64,000 nucleotides of DNA from Octopus vulgaris (Eukaryota): assembly GCA_951406725.2 (NCBI GenBank), contig OX597831.1:29760001-29824000 (forward strand), written 5' to 3'. The first letter of the stretch is position 1; each line of letters begins with the position of its first letter. Positions 1 through 14,094 of this stretch are shown one piece after another. The position numbers were made by a program, and so were the translations under genes. Under the pieces are notes generated by a model that made no database searches, was not told the origin of the DNA, and worked only from the letters and a program-made list of their open reading frames with translations.

Positions 1-227
1 TGTTTCATCAGGTGACATATAAATATTGTTTTTGTTTTCCGTAAACTCAAATTTCTAGCTTCGACCGCATCCTTTCTAAGTGTCGTGGCTATGCGAGGTA
101 GGAGTATCCATTCCGTATACGCACGCACACATACACACACACACGAACGCACACACATTTATGCGTATATACATATATGTATAAATATGTTTGTATATAC
201 ATGCGTTTTATGGGCGCACTATTAAGC

Positions 228-265
<38 letters not shown>

Positions 266-396
266 TGTATGCACACGTACACATATATGTATATTAATGT
301 ATATATATATATATGTGTGTGTGTGTGTGAGTGCGTGTGTGTATGTAATTGCAAAATGTGTTTCTATAAAGAAATATGTACATATGTGTGTGTGTT

Positions 397-432
<36 letters not shown>

Positions 433-993
433 AGCAGACAGACAGACGGATGGATGGATGGATGGATGGATGGATGGATAGACAGATAAGGTACATGTGT
501 GTGTGTGCGTGCGCGCGCGCGTAGATAGATAGATAGATTACCCACCTTACACACTCAGGTGTAGCATTAATTAATACCAAGAGAATATGTCTGCTTTAGT
601 ATTTACTCTAACGTAATTGCTTCATCTTTGTCTCATATTCTTAATTAAAAATTGGGTGTGCCTGCGTATATATACATGTGTGTGTGTGTGTGTATGTGTG
701 CGCGCACATTATATCTATTTATACACATAAGTATGCATCTATACGTATCTATCTACCTTTCTATGTATATATATATCTATGTAACACACACAAATATACA
801 TTTATGTACGCATATATACATGTATATACATCCACATATATTTACCTCTTCTTATATCTATTTATTTGTGTGTGTATATATACACAAATATATTTCTTAT
901 TTATTCCTTATTTACTTGTTTCAATCAATAGAATGTGGCTCTGCTGGAGCAATACCTATATATGTATGTATATGTATGTACGTATATACACAC

Positions 994-1039
<46 letters not shown>

Positions 1040-1109
1040 CATACATACATACATACATACATACATACAAACATACAACTTATAAACAAGGGCAAAAGAT
1101 ATCAACTTC

Positions 1110-1455
1110 AGTAAAGGGTAAAGACCCCCTTCGGTCATGAATGACCATGGGATTGCACCTAGAAAGTTACCCTCCTAGACACAAGTCCGGACAAGGTTGT
1201 TTATGGAAGACCAGCAGTCGCCCATGCATACCAGCCTCCCCTCTCCACGCCACCAGTGTTATTCAAGGGAAAGACAAAGGTCGATACAGCTTGGCACCAG
1301 TGACGTCGCAACTCATTTCTACAGCTGAGTGAACTGGAGCAACGTGAAATAAAGTGCTTTGCTCAAGAACACAACACGCAGCCCGGTCCGGGATTCGAGC
1401 TCACAACCTCACGATCGTAAGCTCGACGCTCTAACCACTGAGCCATGCGCCTTCA
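1110..1455 (-). mobile_element. tRNA-headed CORE-type SINE (family D)
   Basis: Minus strand begins GAAGGCGCATGGCTCAGTGGTTAGAGCG (A box) ... GCTCGAATCCC (B box-like), then TTCTTGAGCAAAGCACTTTATTTCACGTTGCTCCAGTTCACTCAGCTG (CORE-like). A homologous copy lies at 29635-29970 and a tail fragment at about 6995-7035. Confidence 0.85.
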
Positions 1456-1659
1456 GTACGACGTGTATTTATAGTGAGTGTATAATGATATGTGGAAATT
1501 GACGAGTTAAAGTCTGTTATCAGCATATTGGCATGGAAAAAATTTTTCTTTTGCCCTTGCTTATAAGTTGTTTATAATTTTAACCTTTAAAGGTATATTA
1601 ATATGCTGCCACTTTTTGATGAAATTTTTTCGATATTAGTAGTATATATATATATATAC

Positions 1660-1935
1660 GCGGTCGGAGGATCGCGGTTTCGATTTCCAGACCGGGCGTT
1701 GTGTGTGTTTATTGAGCGAAGACACCTAAAGCTCCACGAGGCTCCGGCAGGGGGTGGGGGGTGGCGACCCCTGTTGTACTCTTTCGCCACAACTTTCTTT
1801 CACTCTCTCTTCCTGTTTCTTGAGTAACGCTGCGATGGACTGGCGATCCGTCCAGCTGGGGGGGGGGGGACATATACGTCACAGAAACCGGGAAACCGGG
1901 CCAATGAGCCTGGCTAGGCTTGAAAAGGGAGCATA
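1660..1935 (+). mobile_element. SINE family B, 5'-truncated
   Basis: Matches 3058-3358 and 60592-60893, including the GTAACGCTGCGATGGACTGGCG..CCGTCCAGCTGGG segment and the GGCTAGGCTTGAAAAGGG tail. Confidence 0.85.
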
Positions 1936-2014
1936 AATAAAAAAAAATATATGTATACATATATATAGATATATATGCATGCATATACATATATACATAT
2001 ATATATATATATAT

Positions 2015-2168
2015 TATTATGGCTGCCCCCTCGTTATCGAGTATGGCCATTGCACGAAGCTTGACTGTTACTGGCGCTGTGATCGAATGTGACTTTTTAG
2101 CCCAGCTAAAGATCTACAATGTCTTGTACAGAATTGGCAACTAAAACCTTTACCAGTAAAAGCCGGTA
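2015..2168 (-). mobile_element. RTE-clade LINE 3' end (C-terminal zinc finger plus 3' UTR)
   Basis: Minus strand translates to [23 protein letters not shown], the CxxCxxxCxSxxGLxSH motif typical of RTE ORF ends. The 3' UTR resembles that at 19499-19540. Confidence 0.7.
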
Positions 2169-2200
2169 TACATACATACATACATACATACATGCATACA

Positions 2201-2232
<32 letters not shown>

Positions 2233-2240
2233 ATACATAC

Positions 2241-2315
<75 letters not shown>

Positions 2316-2317
<2 letters not shown>

Positions 2318-2600
2318 CTGTAAATATCTGTAAAACTTTCCAGTAGTAAATCATTTAAAATATATCAGAGCATGTCTAGATATGCAACTATATGCATAAA
2401 ACATAGATATGCAACTATATACATAAAACATACAAATCTGCATATACATACATACATACATACATACATACATACATACATACATACATGCAAAAATACC
2501 CTGTTGTTGATGTTGAAATTCCAATGAAGGAGCCATGGATTTAGGTTAGAAACCGGTTCTTTATTAGCAAGTAATATTGAAATAAACTGAATAATGACAC
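2316..2600. repeat. Unclassified interspersed repeat with internal (CATA)n
   Basis: Homologous in inverse orientation to 31030-31335 (AAAAATACCCTGTTGTTGATGTTGAAATTCCAATGAAG; GCATGTCTAGATAYGCAACTATATGCAT). Confidence 0.7.
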
Positions 2601-3057
2601 ACACACACACACCCACACATACATACATACATACATACATACATACATACATACATACATACATACATACATAATTCATACATTTGTAAAACACATGAGT
2701 TGAAACGAGATAGGGAATAGGGTACTCAACGATGTAGATCTTTAAATTAAAGTGACATATCAGGTTTTGTCGGCAGCTGCATAACTTCCGAAGCCGTTTC
2801 TCCGAGTTTCAATTACCGATTTGGTTCCTGAAGTTCTGTAACGTAAAACTTGTGGTTATCAAGTGTAAGGTTTTCCAGCCTCCCCCCCCCCAAATAAGGG
2901 GAACTCACACAAAGAGTTTTATACATATCTTTTATCTTTTACTTGTTTCAGTCATGTGACTGCGGCCATGCTGGGGCAGCACCTTGAAGAATTTTTAGTT
3001 GAACTAATCGACCCCAGAACCTATATTTCTGAAAAACGAGTTGTACTTGTACGCGAG

Positions 3058-3358
3058 TGGAGGCGCAATGGCCCAGTGGTTAGGGCAGCGGACTCGCCGT
3101 CGGAGGATCGTGGTTTCGATTCCGAGACCGGGCGTTGTGTGTGTTTATTGACCGAAAACGCCAAAAAGCTCCACGAGGCTCCGGCAGGGTGGTGGTGACC
3201 CTTGTTGTACTCTTTCGCCCCAACTTTCTCTCACTCTCTCCTCCTGTTTCTTGAGTAACGCTGCGATGGACTGGCGTCCCGTCCAGCTGGGGGCAACACA
3301 TATGCCACAGAAACCGGGAAACCAGGCCCATGGCCCTGGCTAGGCTTGAAAAGGGCGA
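3058..3358 (+). mobile_element. Full-length SINE family B (tRNA head)
   Basis: Head GGAGGCGCAATGGCCCAGTGGTTAGGGCAGCGGACTCGC...GGTTTCGATTCC. GTACTTGTAC at 3043-3052 and 3367-3376 may be a TSD. An E-type SINE tail remnant follows at 3370-3525. Confidence 0.9.
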
Positions 3359-3552
3359 CGTTTATCGTACTTGTACTTGAAAGGACCAGCCTTGTCAAAC
3401 TCTATGTCACGTTGAATCTCCCCGAGAACTACGTCAAAGGTACACATGTCTGTGGATTACTCAGCCATTTGCACGTTAATTTCACGAGCTGGCTGTTCCG
3501 TTGATCGGATCAACTGGAATCCTGCATAAACGTATTATCCATTATATATACT

Positions 3553-3762
3553 TTTACTCTTTTACTTGTTTCAGTCATTTGACTGCGGCCATGCTGGAGC
3601 ACCGCCTTCAGTCGAGCAAATCGACCTCAGGACTTATTCTTTGTGCCCTAACCACTTATTCTATCTGTATATCTTGCCGAACTGCTATGTTGCGGAGACG
3701 TAAACACCTCAATACCGATTGTGGAGCGATGGTGGGAAACAGCCGCACATATTCACACATAG

Positions 3763-3803
<41 letters not shown>

Positions 3804-3958
3804 ACTAACGCCTTTTAGTTTCCGTCTGCCAAATCCACACACGCATGGGGTCAGCCCTAAGGAAGAGGACACTCGTCCTAATTACAACGCAGTGGGACTG
3901 AACGCCGAACTGTGAGGTTTGGAAGGAAACGTCTTACCACGTATCCACACCTGCCCCT
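3553..3958 (-). mobile_element. SINE family A, diverged
   Basis: TACTCTTTTACTTGTTTCAGTCATTTGACTGCGGCCATGCTGGAGCACCGCC tail, internal (CA)n and a diverged head. Confidence 0.8.
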
Positions 3959-4075
3959 ACATAATTGGCTTCTAAACAGTTTCCGACACCTCGTTTCACC
4001 CATAAGACATTTGTCGGTCCTGGGTTATAGTATATACCCCGCAGGGAGACTGAACTGATTAGATTTTGGGATCGA

Positions 4076-4485
4076 TACTCTCTTTACTCTTTAAACTTGT
4101 TTCAGTCATTTGACTGCGGCCATGCTGGAGCACCGCCTTTAGTCGAGCAAATCGACCCCGGGACTTATTCTTTTAAGCCCAGTACTTATTTTATCGGTCT
4201 CTTTTGCCGAACCGCTAAGTTACGGGGACGTAAACACACCAGCATCGGTTGTCAAGCAATGCCAGGGGGATAAACACAGACACACAAACACATGTATATA
4301 TATATATATATATACATATATACGACAGGCTTCCTTCAGTTTCCGTCTACCAAATCCACTCACAAGGCATTGGTCGGCCCGGGGCTATAGCAGAAGACAC
4401 TTGCCCAAAATGCCACGCAGTGGGACTGAACCCGGAACCATGCGGCTGGTTAGCAAGCTACTTACCACACAGCCACTCCTGCACC
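4076..4485 (-). mobile_element. SINE family A
   Basis: Near-consensus copy; the minus-strand head reads AGGTGCAGGAGTGGCTGTGTGGTAAG...GGTTCAGTCCC. Confidence 0.9.
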
Positions 4486-4716
4486 TGGATTATTTTTCCG
4501 TTTTTTTTTTTTTAAACTTAATTTTTGAGAGCTGTCGGGTTCATTTCAGATATTCTCATTTTAAAAACCTATTTCTTTACTACCCACAAGGGGCTAAACA
4601 CAGAAGGATAGACAAACAGATTAAGTCGATTATATTGACCCCAGTGCGTAACTGGTACTTACAAAGTAAATAAAAGACAAAAGCACAAAATAAATAATTG
4701 TTTTACACAAAGTAAA

Positions 4717-4927
4717 ACGGTTTTTAAATCAAAGCTGGACCTCTTCCTGTCGAGAGTCCCAGATGAACCTACCTCACGGCAAGAGGTGCAAATGAGAGTA
4801 GCTATATCAAACTCCATTCTTCACCAAGTGCCACATATTAGACGAGGTCCTTCGCAATAACAGTGTACCACAAAACGGCGGTGCATCAGCATGGCCGCAG
4901 CTCTGAGCTGAAACCAGAAAAAAAAAA
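4717..4927 (+). mobile_element. LINE 3' end (L2/CR1-like group), candidate partner of SINE family A
   Basis: Translates to FKSKLDLFLSRVPDEPTSRQEVQMRVAISNSILHQV. The 3' end GGCGGTGCATCAGCATGGCCGCAGCTCTGAGCTGAAACCA plus A-run matches the SINE A tail. Confidence 0.7.
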
Positions 4928-5383
4928 GGAAATAATTTTTTTTAAAACAAAGTAAATAAAACATAAAAACAAAAAGTAAGGATCGACTAGTTACGACTAG
5001 CTAGCACGGATGCGCGAGTACGCGAGTGCGCACACCGGAACCACTCTTCTTAAATAGTACCCTATTCTTTTTGCAGTCGTTGAGGTCGTTGTTGCTGTTT
5101 TTGTTATCATTGTCCTAATCTTTGATATCGTTGTTGATAGTGTTGCTGCTGTTGTTGTTGTTGTTATTGTTGTTGTTGCTGCTGTCGCTGCTACCGCTGC
5201 TGCTGCTGTTCTTCTTCTGACTGAGCATCGACGGCCGACATCCAAAAGGTTTTTGACTTGTACTACGTCTTAAGGATTTTTTTCACCCTTGCAAACACAC
5301 ACACACACACACACACATGCACGCACATACGCACACAAACACACATATATATAGATAGATAGATATAGATATAAATTCGCGTA

Positions 5384-5416
<33 letters not shown>

Positions 5417-5566
5417 CACGTGTATGTGTGTATAAGTATTCGTACCCATATATTCATACATATACACACATACAGGCAATTACACACACACACACATGCA
5501 CGCACAAACGCATACAAACGCACACAAACGCACATATACACAAACAAACACACACATATACATATG

Positions 5567-5603
<37 letters not shown>

Positions 5604-6200
5604 GTATGTGTGTGTGTGTATAAATATTCGTACCAATATATTCATGCATGTACACACATAGAGGCACTTACATACACACCCACACACGCACACACACGTA
5701 TTTAGTGGGAGAAAAAAAATGCAAATGACATGCGTAGGTCCCATGAACGTGAGAGATGAGGAAGTTTATAGCCGTTAATTAGGCTCGAACCTGTTCATTA
5801 AATACAGTCAGTGTAGCATATCAAATGAAAGAAGAGAGAGACAAAGAAAGGAAGACATCAGTAGCGGCAACGGTGGCAGCGGTGATGGAGGTGGTGATGA
5901 TGACATTTAAGGAGTGTGCGTAAATAATCAATGTGCTAAACGCATAAAACGAAATACACAACCTAAGTTTGTGTGTGTGTATATATATATACACACACAC
6001 ATATATATGTGTAAGCATATATATGTGTGTGTGACTGTGTCTATACATACATACACACATACACACACACACACACACGTATAGATGTGTATTTACGTAT
6101 ACATATACATATATATATGATGTATGTATGTATGTATATATGTATATGTGTGTATGTATATATGTATATATATATATATGTATATATATGTATGTGTGTG

Positions 6201-6293
<93 letters not shown>

Positions 6294-6389
6294 TTTATGA
6301 TCGTCATAGATATTATCATCTTAATCCTTTTTACTTCCACTTTGTGAAGCTTGCATGGGTCAGACGGAATTTGAAGTTGAGTTTCTACG

Positions 6390-6880
6390 GCCAGATGTTG
6401 TGATTTTCTTTTGATTTTTCTGATAAATTGACCTCCCCTCATCATAATAAGACATATCTTATGTCTTCGTGGACAACATTTCTGACTGTTCCTTCTGACA
6501 TATGGAGATCTTTTGCAATTAACCTCGCAGATTTTCTGGGATTGTAATCAATGGTCTGTTGAACTTGCTGGATAAATTCAGGAATTTTCAGAGCGTTTAG
6601 AATGCTTTTTTATGCTTTGATACCGGTGATACGTTTCCATCTTCAGTCCCTAGCTCCTTACAAACTTTGTAGACGAAAGATCTGGCAGCATTTAAAAATC
6701 AAGATATTTCTAAATCGCTCTGCTCAGCCTTTATAATCACAATAACAGCTTGTCTCTTCATTTCTTGAGTAAGCTGAGGGTTTGCCATTATTATTTTCTG
6801 AAACAAAGATTATTCAGACTTCGCAAGAAATGCAGCAATGACCCAAAAATGTATGTCCACAAATTCTTTACACACTCTTT
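6390..6880 (-). mobile_element. Tc1/mariner transposon remnant (N-terminal HTH region, disrupted)
   Basis: From ATG at 6788: MANPQLTQEMKRQAVIVIIKAEQSDLEIS*FLNAARSFVYKV...PEFIQQVQQTIDYNPRKSARLIAKDLHMSEGTVRNVVHEDIRY, with a stop and frameshifts. Confidence 0.8.
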
Positions 6881-6940
6881 ATATTATATATATGTATATA
6901 TATATATATATACATATATATAATATAAAGAGTGTGTAAA

Positions 6941-6989
<49 letters not shown>

Positions 6990-7062
6990 TATGAGGAGAC
7001 CCCCTTCGGTCATGAATGACAATGGGATTGTACCTTCACAGTTCTATTTATCTATCTATCTT

Positions 7063-7119
<57 letters not shown>

Positions 7120-7194
7120 TGTCCGGTTTTCGCCATGATAGATCGCTAGCCATTACACATTCTTTATTTTCTCTCCTTGTTTCTTTCTGTGTTC

Positions 7195-7230
7195 CTTTCT
7201 ATGGAAGAGATTAGGCTCGAAACGTTAAAG
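7195..7230 (+). ncRNA. Decayed minimal hammerhead-like motif in a short repeat (island about 7120-7322)
   Basis: CTTT-CTATGGA-AGAGATTAGGCTC-GAAAC-GTT-AAAG; the core is mutated. Downstream flank is homologous to the minus-strand element at 45921-46090. Confidence 0.45.
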
Positions 7231-7321
7231 ACTTTTTCACTTCCTGAGCATTAAACTAATACATATGTTTGTTGTCTACACCATCTGTCTTCGTCTTTTG
7301 TTTTTTTTTTATAAATTCTCC

Positions 7322-7387
<66 letters not shown>

Positions 7388-8039
7388 ATATATATTATAT
7401 ATATATATAAGGAAAATAGTCTAATAAAGGGGCATATAAGCCCTCGACAAAAAAAAATAGACGGCTTTCCTAGACTTCTTCAGTTAGGGTGTACCAGATC
7501 CCCGAGGCTTTTAGTAGAACATATGTGTCCAAGATGCCACGCAGTGGGACAGAACCCGGAGCCATGTGGTTGTGAAGCAAGCTTTTTACTACATATATAT
7601 ATGTATACATATATATATAGGACGGGTTTCTTTCTTGTCCAAGGTGTCTGGCAGTGGGACTGAACCTGAAGCCATGTGGTTGAAAAGCAAGCTTATCACA
7701 CAGTCATGTCTATTAAGTATTGTTAGCTCTTAAAATGGAAGAACTCTGTACAATTGTATCGTAGAGATGACTGTATTCCAGGTAGGGGCCTTATACTTTG
7801 GTGTGTATGTGTACGAGTGTGTGTGCGTGTGTATGCGTGTGGGTGGGCGAGTGGAAGGAGTGCATACGGAGGGTTAACAACTATATTTACCCCACAAAGT
7901 GTAAAATAAGTATGCATGCGTGGAAGGCAGGAAGTAATTTTATAACTTCACCCCATGTATTTATTTTTTTCATCTTCTATTTCAAACTAAAGCAGAACTA
8001 AAGATAGCGATATATATGTATATATATATATACATATAT

Positions 8040-8091
<52 letters not shown>

Positions 8092-8824
8092 GTATGTATA
8101 TATGTATGATGTATGTATTTATATATATATATATGTATGTATGTATGTATGTATATGTATATGTATATATGTATGCATCTATGTATATATATATATATAA
8201 TATATATAGGTATATATACATATGTATATATATGTATATATATGCGTATATATATGCGTATATATATAGATATATATATTTATGTGTGTATGTATATATA
8301 TATATATATATAAATACACATACATATATATATATACATATGTATATATATATGTAGATGTATATATGTATATATCTACAAATGTATGTATATATGTATG
8401 TGAGCATCAGTATGTGTCTGTCTGTATACTTTACATGCCTACACACATGCATGCATACACACATAACGTGCATACGTAACATAAATAACATAACACACAT
8501 ACATACATACATACATACATACATACGCCTATACATCCATTCAAAAGAAAATACAAGACAGCGTGTCTGGGGGAGCGGGGTCTTTGGTAAAACACGAGTT
8601 CAGTTAACTATTTACACTTCACGTTACAGCTAGTTGGGTTTAGTTTACCTCCTCAAGTGAAGACGGCTTTACCCTGAAGGAGTTGGATATATTTCCTCTC
8701 ACTGTGGTAACGAACACCCCCTTATACATACCTCAGAGTTTTACTGGCTTCGTAAAAAAAAATACAAAATTCTTTTGTTGTTTTTGCAGCCCGCTTACCT
8801 TCATACCTTCGCCTCATATGTATG

Positions 8825-8883
<59 letters not shown>

Positions 8884-9510
8884 GTATATATGAACACGTA
8901 TACATATATATAAGTGTATATATTTTATATGTGTGTGGAGGTGTTGTGTTTACGTATATATATTTATGTCCTTCTCTCTCACCTATCACCGACTTACTGC
9001 TGTTTGTGATCCGTTTTTGCTACTGTTGTTCGTGTTGTAAATTATACCCGCTTCAGCCCTGATTGATAAAGACCATGATCAAATTGTTTCAAATATGACC
9101 TTCCTGTATACTTTAAAGCAGCCATGGGCAACATGCAGCATTCGAGGCTTTCTCAATGCACAACTAAACAAAAATTATTTACAATCCATATTCTATGCGG
9201 TCCGCGAAAGATAATCTACAGCCAGATTTAATTAGTTGAGTAAAAATCTTATAAGTAGAAAATGTTTTGAAGCATAATATCAATAAAATTCGCCTAATGA
9301 CAATAAGAGATTTAAGGGAAATAGCCCAAATAAATCAGAGACATGGTTTTAGAGAAATAAGGTAGTTGATGATGTACTAAGTGACATGCGGAAAATAATC
9401 TTAATGAATTGAAATTTTCCTTTTTCGAGAAAAAAACAACACAGATTTATGCACACCAGATACTGTTTGCTTTATATATGTGTATGTGTGTGAGTGTGTT
9501 TGCGTGTATA

Positions 9511-9547
<37 letters not shown>

Positions 9548-9553
<6 letters not shown>

Positions 9554-9805
9554 ATCACGTGACCGACCAGGCCATCAGATGTTGCTACACATCGCTGGTC
9601 CCAATGCGAGCAGGCCAACAGAAGAAAGAGTGAGATAAAGTTGTGGTGAAAGAGTACAGCAGGGATCACCCCCCCCCCCCCACCTGCCGGAGCCTCGTGG
9701 AGATTTAGGTGTTTTCGCTAAAATAAACACTCACAACGCCCGGTCTGGGAATCGAAACCGCGATCTTACGACCTAACCACTAACCACTGGGCCATTGCGC
9801 CTCCA
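9548..9805 (-). mobile_element. SINE family B head with an alternative tail
   Basis: Family B head at 9805; body ends in ...GGTCGGTCACGTGATCACGTGAT instead of the usual tail. Confidence 0.8.
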
Positions 9806-9817
9806 TATATAAATATA

Positions 9818-9973
<156 letters not shown>

Positions 9974-11190
9974 GTATTGTATATATATTATATATATTCA
10001 TATGTATATACATATATTCATATACCTATGCATACATATACATATGTCTGTGAATGGGGAGAGAGTAATGAAATAATTGTTGGGTGGAAAAGAATTAATT
10101 CTTTCATCCGTTTCTCTTTTTGTCATTCTTTTTATTCTTCTCCTTTGTTATATTTTTCTTCATTTCCTTTTATTTTCTCATTTTTCATTCTGTTTCCATG
10201 GAAACATTCAGCATCCGGCTCATGCGGAGCGGAGCTGAAGAGTTGTATCAAATCTTCTCATTCCAAAGACATGGCAAGCACTCAAAAAAAAAAAAAAAAA
10301 AAAAAAATTACCGACTTTTGTCTTTTCATTTCTACACTCACACAAAACAAATATATATATATATGTTTGTGTTTGTGTATATGTTTGTGTTTGTGTATGT
10401 GTGTGTGTCTAAGATTCCTTGTGTATATACAAAAGAGAAATGTTAAGTGCCTACTCAGTCGGTCTTAATTGGAATAGCTTTTATGCAGATATAACATCTA
10501 CAACAACAACAACAACAACAGCAGATCACCACTGAATCCAGAACAACAATAACAATAATAACAACTGAAATATCAAAAAACAACAACACAAGACGAGAGC
10601 GAGTTCTCTTTGACGTGGTGGTTTGACTAGCTAAAAATAATAGCTAAATTTCACAGAAGTCAAAGCACAACGAAAAGTGAATTGTATATTATTGTGATAG
10701 AAGCTGCCAAAGGAAACAGTCTGGTCATGCCTACATACATACATACATACATACATGCATACATACATACATACATACATACATGCATGCATGCATGCAT
10801 ACATACATACATACGTACGTACGTACGTACGTACATGCATGCATGCATACATACATACATACATACATACATACATACATACATACATACATACATACAT
10901 ACATACATACATACATACATGCATGCATGCATACATAGATACATAAATACATACGTATATATGTATACATACATTTCTTATACCTGTAATTATTGGGGCA
11001 CTAGAATATGTAACACTGCCAAAATACCAATCATGAAAAATTAGGCTTCTCGAAACCAGATAGGCGACACCTAATTCGAAGACGACAGATCTGTGGGGTT
11101 CCTTGATTGGCCTAAGACAGGGGTCCTAGTCTACCAAGGAGGACTGCATCATTTATGTGACCAAATACTTTCTATATATACTATTCTTGT

Positions 11191-11687
11191 ATTCTTTTAC
11201 TTGTTTCAGTCATTTGACTGCGGCCATGCTGGAGCACTGCCTTAAAGGGTTTTAATGGAAGAAATCGACCCCAGGACTTAATTTTTGTAAGCCTAGTACT
11301 TATTCTATTGGTTCTCTTTTGCCGAACCGCTAAGTTACGGGGACATAAACACACCAACATCGGTTGTCACGCGATAGTGGGTGGGGACAAACACAGGCAC
11401 AAAGAGACACACACACATAAATACACACACATAAACATACACATACATAAACATACACACGCACATGTGTGTGTGTGTCTGTCTGTCTGTCTGTGTGTGT
11501 CTGTGTGTGTGTGCGTGTGTGTTTGTGCGTATACAACAAGCTTCTTTCAGTTTCCGATGCCAAATCGACTATGGTCGGCCCGAGTCTATAACAGAAGACA
11601 CTGCCCAAGATGCCAGGCAGTGGGACTGAACTCGGAACCGTGTGGTTGTGAGGCAAGCTTCTTACCACACAGCCACGCACGCCTGCG
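11191..11687 (-). mobile_element. SINE family A
   Basis: Consensus tail and head with an expanded internal CA/TG microsatellite. Confidence 0.85.
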
Positions 11688-12022
11688 CAAAAAAAAATAT
11701 ACTATGTATACTTTTGTCTCATTTCACCGTCTTTCCCCTTTCTTTCCTTACATCTTTCACGTAAACCCCAACCACGCAAAGTGTCAACTGTCCTTGTAAT
11801 GGCAACTGTCTTTGTTATTGCAGCTGTCCTCCTGATGGCAACTGTCTTCACCTGATGCCGTTGTGGCAATTAAGATATTGTCGTTGATGATGTTGCGTTA
11901 AGTAGGACTTTTCAATATTTGTTGGACAAGAGATTTGTATCAACGTTATTTCATGTTCTCCTTAAGTTCATTAGCTCTCCTAACGATAGTTTTATGAGCG
12001 CGTTTCTGTATAATCGAGCATG

Positions 12023-12089
<67 letters not shown>

Positions 12090-12120
12090 TATATAATATA
12101 TATATATATATTATATATAA

Positions 12121-12174
<54 letters not shown>

Positions 12175-12469
12175 ATATAATTATGCATGTACATATGTAT
12201 ATGTGTGTATATATTTATAAATGCATGTATGCACTTTTATGTATGTATGCATGTATGTATGCATGTATGTATGTATGTATGCATGTATGTATGTATGTAT
12301 GTATGTGCAGTGTCTATACACGTGCAGACAGGTATAACATCAACATCATGTGCTGTTTCAAAGAGATTCAATTACTGTGTTTATGGCGAATAACTAATGC
12401 CCCAGAATTTTAATGGTGACAGATCTATAAAAGTTTTGCTTCTGACTGATGTTGTAGTAGTAGTAGTAA

Positions 12470-12529
<60 letters not shown>

Positions 12530-12630
12530 ATGTTGTTGATGTTGTTGTAGTTTCTACTGTGGTCGTTACGGTAACCAAAAACCGGGAGTGCTCAACATAG
12601 TATCACAAAATACAGGTATATTTTTATATT

Positions 12631-13024
12631 CAAAGACACCTCAACTTACGTCGTTTCAAGTTACGTATTTTTCGATTTTACATCTCTTTCTTTTTTACTC
12701 TTTTATAACATCGTTATAACATCGTTATTTTTGTTTGTTTCTTTTAAGAAAATAATTAGGAAAAAAAAATAAATCTCGTGTTCCTTTGATTTATCCGACT
12801 TTACTTCGATCTTAGCTAATATACGTAAAAGCTTAAATAAATTTTTTCAAATATTTAAAAACCAATACGGAAGTGGGAAAAAACTCAAAAAAATACAGGT
12901 GAAGATATGTAGAAATTGTTTATTAAAAGTTAAAGTTTTAAGAACGGATTTTTCGTTTTACGTCATTTTTTATTTAAGTCGCATGTCTTGGGAGTCATTA
13001 CCGACGTAAGTTGAGGTATGCTTG
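12631..13024. mobile_element. pogo/Tigger-like MITE
   Basis: Inverted termini ACCTCAACTTACGTCG (12638-12653) and CGACGTAAGTTGAGGTATGCTTG (13002-13024) followed by TA. The CAAGCATACCTC end resembles Tigger TIRs; the interior is AT-rich and non-coding. Confidence 0.7.
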
Positions 13025-13040
13025 TAATTGGAAGGCAATA

Positions 13041-13245
13041 TACTCTCTTTTACTCTTTTACTTGTTTCAGTCATTTGATTGTGGCTATGCTGGAGCACCG
13101 CCTTTAGTCGAGCAAATTGACCCCATGACTTATTCTTCGTAAGCCTAGTACTTATTCTATCGATCTCTCTTGTCGAACCGCTAAGTTACGGGGGACGTAA
13201 ACACACCAGTATCGGTTGTCAAGCGATGTTGGGGGTACAAACACA

Positions 13246-13288
<43 letters not shown>

Positions 13289-13434
13289 TTCCATCTACCA
13301 AATCCACTCACAAGGCTTTGGTCGGTCCGAGGCTATAGCAGAAGACACTTGCCCAAAGTGAAACGCAATGGGACTGAACCCGGAACCATGTGGTTGGTAA
13401 GCAAGCTACTTACCACACAGCCACTCCTGCGCCT
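13041..13434 (-). mobile_element. SINE family A
   Basis: Near-consensus copy. Confidence 0.9.
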
Positions 13435-13619
13435 GTGATATATAAAAAATCTTTTATATAAAGAGTGTGTAAAATCGTTAATCGATACCTGTGACACATT
13501 AAACTAAAAGTATTTATCGATTCCTTCCAATCACAGCATTTTAATTTTTTATCCTCGAGCAAAAAAATCTATCTGATGGTGAGGATGGTAATGTGTTTTA
13601 GTCAAAGAAAAATGGTTCT

Positions 13620-13892
13620 GCAATTCTTTGCTGAACAACCTGTGCAAATAATTCGTTTATAGTGATCAAATGTTCGTGCCGCTTTTTAGCTCACTCCCCT
13701 TACATTCAAATCGATGTTGCCTGAACAGGAGCACAGGTGTACCAGTGGTCAGTTGTCGAAATGATCGCTGAGCAACGTGAGATGAAGCGTTTTGCTCAAG
13801 AACGCAACGCAACACAACAGCCGGTCCGGGAACTGAAACCGCGATTTAGAGAACGCGAGTGCCGCATCCTAACGACTAGGCCATGCGCCCTC
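13620..13892 (-). mobile_element. CORE-type SINE, diverged
   Basis: Minus-strand head GAGGGCGCATGGCCTAGTCGTTAGGATGCGGC, then TTCTTGAGCAAAACGCTTCATCTCACGTTGCTC. Confidence 0.7.
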
Positions 13893-14008
13893 GACTGAAA
13901 TCTATATATTTTACGGTACAAGTCCTAGTCCGTTCCATATTAGCAATCTGACGAGATTTTGTGTCTTATTTGTAATGTATTTTGTAGGCCTTCGAAATAT
14001 GAATTCTA

Positions 14009-14048
<40 letters not shown>

Positions 14049-14056
14049 TGTGTGTG

Positions 14057-14094
<38 letters not shown>

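Noticed and set aside
1-20. Minus-strand CTGATGA at the window edge
   Set aside because: The rest of a putative hammerhead would lie outside the window.
2518-2562. GAAACCGGTT palindrome preceded by a weak hairpin
   Set aside because: No CUGANGA core or stem I can be assigned.
3058-3130. tRNA-like sequences at SINE heads
   Set aside because: They have A/B boxes but no complete cloverleaf and continue into SINE bodies.
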